64,000 nucleotides of DNA from Eledone cirrhosa. Lineage: Eukaryota. Under the pieces are notes generated by a model. That model did not search any database. It was not told the DNA's origin and saw only the letters and a list, made by a program, of their open reading frames with translations. Made by a program: the position numbers and the translations under genes. Location of the stretch: the NCBI GenBank assembly GCA_964016885.1, contig OZ024742.1, positions 202,368,001 to 202,432,000 of the forward strand, written 5' to 3'. This document shows, piece by piece, positions 52,962 to 64,000 of the stretch. Position 1 is the first letter of the stretch, and every line of letters begins with the position of its first letter.

Positions 52962-55900
52962 ATCCATCAGTCAACGCGATCAGTCGCATATTTTGGCGTG
53001 GGAGACTATTTATTAAATTTAAGATGAATACTATCTCCGACAGTAATGCCACAACTACAGCCAGGTTGAGTAACTGGTTATTCTTCTAAGTATCCTTCTG
53101 AAGACACCTTTTATTCGAATTCGTAGAGATATCCGACTAAATACATAATTCATTTTACAAGGATTTGCTACAAACACCATGGCTGAACACAACATCAACA
53201 ACAAAATTAAGGAAGTATCGAAGACAAATAACAAAGAAGGTAATCAAACCTTATTCAGTTGTAGCTACAGAGAAACCGAAATTATAAATCGCATTTCTCT
53301 TGGAGTTGCGAACTTAATAATGATTTATTTAATTGTTATAAAATGGCAAAAAACAATCCCTCCATTGGCTATATGAATAGAATGAAGCTACACTGGGACG
53401 AAATGCACCCAGAGCTAAATTATTTCACAGCGAAACAATTACGCCAACAAGCGACATTTGTTGAACGTAAAAATAAGATAAATATGTTACAGATCGCCAT
53501 GCTACTAGACTTCCTAGCAGCCAGGTCGAACAGCGCCTTGAAACAACTATGCCTGTAAGAAACTTGACACCACCTGTACCATCTAAGTCTACCTCGAATG
53601 CTGGTGAAAACACCATCGATAATAATAATAATCGAAGAAATAATAATAATAATCGAATAAATCTGACACCACGTATACCATCCAAGTCTACATCGACTGT
53701 TGTGGAAAATACTATCGATAATGATAATCAAAAGTATAAACAATTGAAAATTTCCCTCAACGAAATCTTCGAGAGAGAAATTAACTCATGTATAAATATC
53801 TCTTTGGCTGAACGTGTTAAAATGACAATGGTGAATAAAAAACCAAATAATGAAATAATACGTGTTATTGACGAAATAGGGGATGAATATTTACGACGGA
53901 TAAAAACCCCAACATTTTGGCAAATCAACGCCTGTATATATGCCTTAGCAATGACAGTGAAGCATTATCTTGGTGATAGCAGAGATATTAACAAGAACAA
54001 AACACCACCAAAAATACCATCATATATAACTAAAATAGAAAAAAAGAGTGCTGACCTACGAAAAAACATAGGACATGTGACAATGTTCCTTACATGCAAA
54101 CAAACACAAAAAACCTCACTCCTCACCAACAAAGAGTGAAAAATAAAATAGAGACGATGTTTGGTAACAGTAGAACCAGAACTCTCCAATATAAGCTGAT
54201 CACCCTCAAACAAGAATTGAGAGCTGTTAGCGAAAAACGCCGATATCTGAAGAAGGTAGATGAGAGAAAAATGCTTAATAAAAGATTCAAACGAAATCAA
54301 GCATCAGTCTATAGAGATATGAAGGGCAAAATAATAAATGTCACTGAGGCCCCATCCCAGAAAGACATAGATTCCTTTTGAAGAAAAATATGGGGTGAAA
54401 AGAAGAATTTCAACCAAGATGCAGTGTGGCTAAGAGAAATCCGAAAGAACTATTGCTCCTACACTACAACAAAAACATACGAAATAAGTTAGGGTACCCT
54501 TGAGACTGTGATAGGAAAACTCCAAGATAAGAAAACACCAGGAAGAGACATGATTGTCGGCTACTGGTAAAAACTAATATTCTATCGGAGGTATCTTACT
54601 GACCTCTACCAACAAGTTCTTAAGGGAGATACACTTATACCAGAATGGTTGACATTAGCACAAACGTTACTGGTCCCCAAGAACAAAGACACCCAGAACC
54701 TGATGTATAAGATGTATACGGCCTGTCTGAACCTATTCCTCCAAGATCACTGTGAAAATAATAACATCATCACAGATGAACAAGCAGCTGGAAAGAAAAG
54801 GTTTGGGGATGTGCTGAACAACTCCTAATCAACAAAACTGCGATGTCGGAGGTGCGACAACTTAGGAGGAATATAACTACAGTCTGGCTGGACTACAAGA
54901 AAGCTTTCGATTCTGTTCCCGACTCTTGGATGATAGAGGCCCTCCAACTTGCTAAAGTCCCAGACATTATTGTCAGAGCCATAGAGAGGCTGTCTTCTTC
55001 TTGGGCTACTATCGTAAGGTTAAAGACAGAGATGGAGGACTCTATTTTCACTGATAAAATAAAATATTGCAGGGGTATATTTCAGGAGGACAGTCTCTCT
55101 GTGATATTGTTCATCTTGTCATTAAACCCCTTTTCCTTTCTGCTCAAGAAATGTGAGGGATACATCATTGGCTCACAGGAGGACAAAAATACGAACCTAA
55201 CCCATAACTTCTTTGTGGACGATCTGAAACTCTATGCCAAGAACCTGGATGAGATGAAGAAAAATCTTGACCTTGTTACAACGTTCTCAAAGGATATAGG
55301 TATTGAGTTTGGTCAAGATAAATGCTCATACATGACTGTAAAGCGGGGAAAAACAACCCAATCTAGCAACATTGTCATCAATGGTCTAACTGTTTCACCG
55401 ATATCTGATGAGGACTGTTACAGATACCTGGGGATAGATGAGAACATATCCTATAATGGTATCTCTAATAAAGAACGCGTAACCAGGGAATACTACACCC
55501 GATTAAGAAAGATCTGGTCATCGGAACTCTCTGCGCAAAACAAAACAGTGGCTCACAATGGGTTTGCTGTGCCTGTCCTAACACCAACGTTTGGAATACT
55601 CAATTGGACGATAGACGAAATCCGAGCAGTTGATGTTGGAACTCGAAAAATACTGAACAACACCGGAAACTTCCACATCAACAGTAACATAGACCGCCTT
55701 TACTTGAAACTTAAGCAGGGAGGCAGAGGCTTAACATCAGTCCAGACCACATTTGAATGTCGCATCATATCTCTCCGACAACATCTACGAACCACGAAGC
55801 GTAGGAGCCCGCTTCACGAGCAAGTCTATCTGCATGAAACAGATAAGATCATGAGAGTTGGGAAGGAACTCCTTGAGAGATATTTCCTGTGTGATAATCA

Positions 55901-57000
55901 AAAACTCACACCCAGGGATCTCGCTCAGCAGTATCGCAGTGAATCCATGGATGAAAAACTGCATGCCTATCAGCAAAATATCATGCATGGATATGTTGCC
56001 AGGAAGCTCCAGAGTGAGAGTAATATAGATAAGGAAAGTAGTCTATCTTGGACCAACAACCGCTATATTGGCTCCCACTTTGAAGGATACGCTTTTGCAA
56101 TCCAAGAACAGGAGATTAGCACGAAATACCTGATTCACAAAAGAGATAGGGATGCAGGCAAAACACCTAGATGTGATAACAAGGGCAGATTCTGCAGAAC
56201 TAACATCGAGGATATCACCCATGTCATCAGCAGCTGCCCAAAGATGTCATCGCGGTACTATCTACCCATGAGGCATGATGTAGTGGCCAAAACACTGTAC
56301 AATGCAGTTCGTAAAAAAGATAGCCCCGATAATAAACACATTAAAAGCTACAACAATGTGGAAGACATCTATGTACATAATATGAAAGAGTACTGGTGGA
56401 ATGTTCCAGTAAAAACCCCAATAAAATGAAGGCATAACAGACCAGATATTATGATATGGGACAGGGAGAAGAAAACATGCACAGTAGTGGAAATTAGCTG
56501 CCCAGCAGATCCCAATATAATATCAAAGATTAGTGAAAAAGAGAATATTTATGCAGAACTGATGAGAAATCTGCAGATACTCCACCCTGATTACACCTTC
56601 AGATTTATGACTGTGATTATTGGGGCACTGGGATATGTCAGTAACTGCCTCAATACAAATCTTGAGAAGCTAGGCTTCACAGGAACAGAAAGAACACAAC
56701 TAGTTAGGAAACTACAAGTACAATCCATTAATGGAACAGTAAAAATATGTAAAACATTCCAAAAATGTTGCATCTAATAACTGCATATACACATGTACAG
56801 ATACAAAGCATATACACATGCACACATACAACTCAAAATATACACATCCACACATACAATAACATCCATATATACACATGCATACATACATATCTCCCTA
56901 GTTAATGTTGTGTAAATTCCAATGAGAGAGTCTTGTGTCTATGTTAGAAACCGACTCTCTCTCTATTGGTAAAACTTTGTAAAATTATAAAACCAGAAGA
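52960..57000 (+). mobile_element. near full-length, decayed R4/Dong-like (RLE) non-LTR retrotransposon
   Basis: Single interrupted ORF with RT, a CCHC-like knuckle and a PD-(D/E) nuclease; (CATA)n on both flanks; 3' UTR hairpin at 56919-56969. Confidence 0.85.
54843..56777 (+). pseudogene. reverse transcriptase plus restriction-like endonuclease of the R4/Dong-like element
   Basis: WLDYKKAFDSVP, RGIFQEDSLS, FFVDDLKLY, YRYLG, GRFC...HVISSC...RHD, then a TGA and HNRPDIMIWD...VVEISCP. Upstream frameshifts and stops. Confidence 0.9.
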
Positions 57001-57542
57001 ACATACATACATATATGCATTGTTATAGTTTGAGTTAAAACTCGGTTAATCTTTTATTGTTTCTATGTCAGACTACATAACACACCAGATCCCTCAATAC
57101 ATATATGATTACTGATTGCTTCCGCCTGTCACATCGCTAATTTATGGTGGGACTCTATTTCCGCTGATGAATCTAAGTTAAGGCAGAAAGGCAATTCCAA
57201 TTATCTTCCATATGAAAAATATATTAGTCATAAAATAATACGTTGTATTTTAGTGTCACTCTTGGTGCTGCTATTTTGCTTCGCTGTTTAAATTTAGTTT
57301 TAAATAATTCAATGCGACAACCATTAAATATCCTGACACCCACAGTTTACCATTCTGACGCCTTCTTGGAATTTTTGAGTTCATTAAATATTCTGTCTTC
57401 TGACGATAACAGCTATATATTTCATCATATTAACACCTCGTCGGAATGCAGAACATTTTCTTTCATTTCTATTTCGTTATGCGACCGGGCGAATCGTCGC
57501 TGAAACACACACACACACACACACACACATACACACTCACAC

Positions 57543-57607
<65 letters not shown>

Positions 57608-57698
57608 TATATGTGTGTATGTGTGTGTGTATGTATGTGTTTTTGCACATACCGTATATCATTAGATATACGATATTCACACACACACACACACACAG

Positions 57699-57766
<68 letters not shown>

Positions 57767-58583
57767 ATAAGAATATTTATATTTATTTATGTTTAATACA
57801 ACTATAAATATGTAGGGTAGTACTAAGTACTAGCCAGTTACCGGTATGACAAAAGGCTCAATGCAAATTTTCAAGTGTTTTACAGAGCCGAGATACAAAG
57901 TGTTAAAACGATCAAATTTTAGTTTAGAACATTCATTTGCTGACAATTATTTCTTCCAGAGGGAAGTCTGGATTCATCGGAGCATAGGGAATGTCGAAAC
58001 ATGTGACTAAAATCCTAGTCATTCAGAATATTTAGGGTACAAATTGTTTTTAGTGTCAAAGGCATCATGTGGAGAGTCAGGAGTTAAAAAGATGTTATAC
58101 TTAAGAGAACACAATTACAGGTAGCGTTGGTTGAAGGTGTAAGAGGTATAAGCGTAAAGTACAGGCAAAAAATGTTACAAGCAAGGAAAAGTGGTGTAAA
58201 ATTCAGGAATCAATACAGTCAATAAGGCATGTATGAAGAAAGAGTTATAATGCAGCAGTTGAAATAAACATATTTTGTGTGGGGTGTTAAAGCATGTTAT
58301 AATTGTTAGAAATATTTAAGATGGCGTGCAATTTGTTAGAGAGGCATGTGGTGATAATGTAGGTATTTGTTGTGTGATGTGTAATACAAAGCACCTGAAA
58401 TAATTTGGATAGATGGTTTTCATTCAAGTGTTTATGTGTTGTAGTTCGTATGTACGTGTATATGTTGTTTGTAACTCACAGCTATTAACCATGGGATTAT
58501 TTTGAGTCGTTTATAGTCAATAGGTGTTTGTTTGTTAAATGTAGATTCCACGAGTTACAAACAACATATAGACATAAAGCAGA

Positions 58584-59155
58584 AAAAAGAGAATCAGTGT
58601 CGCCAACGAAAGGAATTTATTGGACTTATTACAATTGTTTCTCGGGCGACGAGCTCGAGGCACGATCGATATGGTGATCAAACCTGACTCTGAAATCGCG
58701 CGGTCCTCGGATACTTCTCGATTCTACGAAGTCCATTTTCCTATTGCCCTTTAACATTGAATTCCTTCGTTTGTTGATTTAGATCCTGTTATTGTCATTC
58801 CATGTGTCGTCAAGAATTGTACACGTCACCGGTATTTCTAGCCACTCATGGTTGCCCACTGTTTGGTTCTTTTCCTTCTCCACTTGTCAATCAAAACTTC
58901 TTCATATATCAAAATTGCTACTGTGGTGGGAGAGGGGCTGTAAACTTGAACGGCTGGCATCACTTCGACGTCTTCATCGTCCCTAGGCGCCCTCGTCCAC
59001 AACGGTGTATGCTGTATGCGGCACTCATTATAAATAATGTTTTGAGCAATTTCAGAGTCAGGTTTGATCACCACATCGATCGGGCTGGTCACCCGAGAAA
59101 CAATTGTAATATGTCCAATAAATTCCTTTCGTCACCACACTGATTCGGTTTTTTC
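58584..59155. repeat. element with inverted ends
   Basis: 58584-58700 is inverted at 59042-59155; contains GAAA-CAATTG-TA. Confidence 0.65.
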
Positions 59156-59653
59156 TGTGATATCATACGGCCTACCGCATACGGACGCTCTAAGCATCGA
59201 ACACCAATTATATATATGTATGTTGCCACGATTCACTGCTAATTGATTTGACAGATGATACCAAACATTTTCCTTGGACAAAACTAACCACTATAAAATC
59301 CTTTTCTTTACTTGAAAATATGAATTTCTATAGGTATTTAAGTGTGTATATGAACCTGCCTTTTATCTTTGTTGAATTAATTGTACATTTCTAAAAATAG
59401 ATATTCCAAAGAATCTCAGTTCCTTAAAATTCATTAGCCAATGACTTCTACCCATCCTTAAAATCAACACCGTCTCCAGCTACAAATGAACATACAAATA
59501 TCCTCGCATTACAACTCAGGTCGGCTTTTCTGATGATTTCCTTGGACTGAAAAAGTTCTAGACCTGTAGAAGCCGTTTCTATATTAAATTTTGTTGTATA
59601 CTCTCTATTAATGTATTGAGCTGCCTTCCATTGAACCTGGGACTCAGATATAT

Positions 59654-59762
<109 letters not shown>

Positions 59763-59764
59763 TT

Positions 59765-60089
59765 GCAAGGTTTTTGATATGAAACGCGTGTCGAAACAAA
59801 TATTGTTATACTTGGGGAGGGTCATATTGTTATAATATTGCCAGAAATAATAACAGAACACACACACTGTTTGATTTGGGTTGGCTTTCGCTTCTTTATC
59901 CTTTATATCTCCATAGTTAATTTATTTGGCAATCAATGTTTATAATTGATTGACCAGCGGTTAAAAATACAGATATAAATATATATATATATATAGACTA
60001 TCAAAGTTCTTTCGTCGCACATCTGCTACATCATCAGTCGTTCTATTATGTTTCCTGCCATTGTATTGTAAAGTTACGCCATTTTTATT

Positions 60090-60140
<51 letters not shown>

Positions 60141-60845
60141 CTCTTGACTTTCTCTCTGCGCATGCGTTTGCGTGTGTGTATAATGTCTGGTGTGTGTGTT
60201 CGCATTTGAGTGTATGTGTTTTTGTATTCTATCTTTGTTTACTAGTGTATCTTTATATGTGTTTGTTGTTATTGTACTTGTGTATATATTTATTTATTTA
60301 TATTTCTCTTAAGTCAGTATTGTTTGTTTGGGTATGGTTGTTGTTATTATTCCATTCGCTCTTTCTGTTCAACTTCGGTCTTCTTAGTTCTATCTCAGTT
60401 GCTTCTCTGATTTGCCTATCTGTTGAGTCCTTTCTATGCTTATTATTCCAATTTCTATGTTGTCTATATTGCCATCAGGTCTTTGTCTGGCGTGTTCATA
60501 TAGTATTGAACCGTGTTTCTTTTTGTCCATTTAGTTCCTCCCAGTGTTGGTCTATTCTGTCTCGCCTATGTATGTCTTTGTCATGTATCTGCAACTACCA
60601 TCTGTACATCTTATGTTATAGACTACATTTCTAGTTTTACAATTTATCTGGGGGTTCATTCTTGCTGATCAGGGATTATATGGTAGTTCCTGGCTTTTCT
60701 ACCATTTTAATCTTTAGATGGGTCTTTCTTGGGGTCTATCTACATTGCTTAGCTAATTTGTAGAAAGGCCCTAAGAATATAATAGTACCACTCTTGATGT
60801 CGCAGATGTGTGACGAAAGAACTTTGGTACACTATATATATATAT
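59765..60845 (-). mobile_element. second, decayed Penelope family C copy with 5' inverted pseudo-LTR piece
   Basis: 60300-60760 matches 39790-40310. HHR-like motifs at 59993-60046 (-) and 60782-60835 (+). Confidence 0.85.
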
Positions 60846-60854
60846 TTATATCAA

Positions 60855-61560
60855 TGAAAGGTAGAGTTAAAAACTCCTACTGAAACCCTGTAATTAACAA
60901 GCTCAAAGTATAAATACTGAGAATTTTAACAGTAATACATGTAGTAATAAACACAGTAAATCGTGTCTAATATTACGAGGGTTGAAGAACCACATTTGTT
61001 TGAAATATTTAACCATGAAGCAGACAGAATGATAAAAATAAAATTAAATTATACAGGCCGCCTCAATAACAATTACATCTCTCGGACAGATTAGGGATTA
61101 ATCTGTTATAATGCTCAGTATTTATACTTTGAGCTTGTTAATTACAGGGTTTCAGTATGAGTTATTAACACTACCTTTCACTTATATTTCGGCTCCGTCC
61201 CTAGTTGAGCCTATAAAGTTGTGTGTATTGGGCTGTTATTTCTGACCAATCCACTCACACCACATTTGACTTAAGGCACACGAGGTGAAGAATTCATTTT
61301 TCTATGTGAACGTTAGTATTAGATGTTTGTCGCATTTATTCTCTCACTGATGATGCCCGTGGATTATCTGTTACAAACACACTCAGAGCGAAATAGATTA
61401 ATCCCTAATCTGTCCAAGAGATGTAATTGTTATTGAGGCGGTCTGTATAATTTAATTTTATTTTTATCATTCTGTCTGCTTCATGGTTAAATATTTCAAA
61501 CAAATGTGGTTCTTCAACCCTCGTAATATTAGACACACGATTTACTGTTTATTACTACAT
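60855..61560 (+). mobile_element. HHR-bearing repeat with two inverted segments
   Basis: 60855-60921 is inverted at 61113-61180, and 60938-61107 at 61392-61560. Family fragments at 50290-50357 and 51620-51695. Confidence 0.75.
61340..61421 (+). ncRNA. type I hammerhead ribozyme with a full stem III
   Basis: TCTCTCA-CTGATGA-t GCCC...GAGC-GAAA-TAGATTA atccc TAATCTG-TC/CAAGAGA. Sister fragments give GGGC-GAAA-CAGATTA and CGAGAGA, which improve the pairing. Confidence 0.7.
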
Positions 61561-61749
61561 ATATATATTTATATCTTTTCACCACTGGTCAAGATACAGA
61601 AGCAAAAATCAATCCAAACTAAACAGTGAGTGCAGTGAGTGTGTTCTGTTAATGTTTCTGGCAATATTATAACAATATGACCGTCCCCAAGTATGACAAT
61701 ATATATATATAATATTAATTGTTTCTACTTTTGGCACATTGAAATGGGA

Positions 61750-61810
<61 letters not shown>

Positions 61811-62214
61811 AGGTATATATAAATATATATATATCAAGATTTAGCAAATAAGAAAAAGTTTCAAAATAAATACACTGTACTTACTATGGTTACCTTGCGG
61901 GCTTCCATTGAAAAGATAAACTCTCGTCAGAAGGTTCTTTTCACTCGGAGAATATAAAATTCCCGAGTTCAAATTACGAACTGGCGCTATTCAAAATTGT
62001 TCCCGAGATGAGAATGAATGATGTGTAAGCAATTCTGTCCAGTGCCGAGTGCAAAGATAGAAGGCAGAGGCAGGGAGGTCAAGCTACTACCACTATAAAT
62101 AGCAGCAGTCAAAACGACCAAATTTCATATATATATATATAAATGGAAAAAATGAAACGAAATTTCATTTCTCACGCTTAGTACGGCTGTTAAATACATA
62201 TACATACTTATATT

Positions 62215-63277
<1,063 letters not shown>

Positions 63278-64000
63278 TCTATATATAATGCTAGCAGAAG
63301 TACCCGGCGTTGCCCGGGTGTAAGTCGACCTTTGCTCTGTTAGAATGTGTGAAAATTACTTCCCGCGCATCACAGGTTCAAAACTTCGAACTTCAATGAA
63401 AAAAATAGGTTAGTAGACACAGGTGTGTAATTTATTAATTGTAGTTACACAGTGTATCGTTGAAATTGTTCTCTGCACGACTGACGGAAGTCAAAATCGC
63501 TTGATATTGAATGTTCAATTAATTTAAAAGCAGGGTGAAAATGTCGATTACTTTCAGGGGGTTTTTTTTTTAACAATTTTTGCGGTCACATATGCAGAAG
63601 AAGAATTAAAAGGGCCTTTATTTTAACCGCGGCATAATGGCGAGTCTTTTGTGACAGTTTTCAAGAATATAGGACGTTCCTGTAAAAAGTTTTCCCATGT
63701 GTAACTTTGCCTTGCTTTTTTGCGCAAAGTCGAGCCCCGCTTCAGTTTTATTGATTTTTTACATCAATGCGTGATCTCTGAAGTAGATTTGAGTAGCTAA
63801 AAACCTGTCCCGGTAAATTTGCTATAGGTGAAAAAAAGTTGATCAAAATTGTATCTAGGGTTATTGCCCTTTGCCACAGCCTCAAGCCTCGTCTGACGGG
63901 ATGTTGGTGATTCCTCCGTCAGCGCTTGTTGGCGACGAAGGCGAACATCAGCAAGCCTTGTCGTACGTGATGTTGGTGACTCAACCAGCCGGGAAAGACG

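Noticed and set aside
53095-53150. CTGAAGA in the R4-like 5' region as a hammerhead
   Set aside because: No GAAA or paired stems follow.
56427-56429. In-frame TGA between the RT and nuclease segments as possible selenocysteine or readthrough
   Set aside because: The element has several other stops and frameshifts plus a QGD>QED change, so simple decay explains it.
57160-57200. CTGATGA...GAAA hammerhead-like motif
   Set aside because: Stems I and III do not pair.

Overview
AT-rich, microsatellite-saturated eukaryotic DNA, most likely an intergenic or intronic region of a cephalopod (octopus-like SINE families; taxon is inference). No host protein-coding gene is recognisable, and almost all listed ORFs are microsatellite artefacts. 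The window is a mosaic of mobile-element remnants: two tRNA-derived SINE families, non-autonomous Helitrons, RTE, Tx1/L1 and R4/Dong-type (RLE) non-LTR retrotransposons, a mariner fragment and two Penelope-like (GIY-YIG) families. The main hidden signal is an unusually dense and diverse set of type I hammerhead ribozyme (HHR) motifs, about 20 full or partial copies from at least 10 apparently unrelated repeat families, all read by eye. They sit in 300-670 bp non-coding monomers with terminal direct repeats and/or 5' inversions, usually next to (TA)n. They include two tandem retrozyme-like arrays (units of about 427 and 470 bp, one HHR per unit) and a family showing C3-G8 to U3-A8 core covariation. 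No folding, database search or activity test was run.
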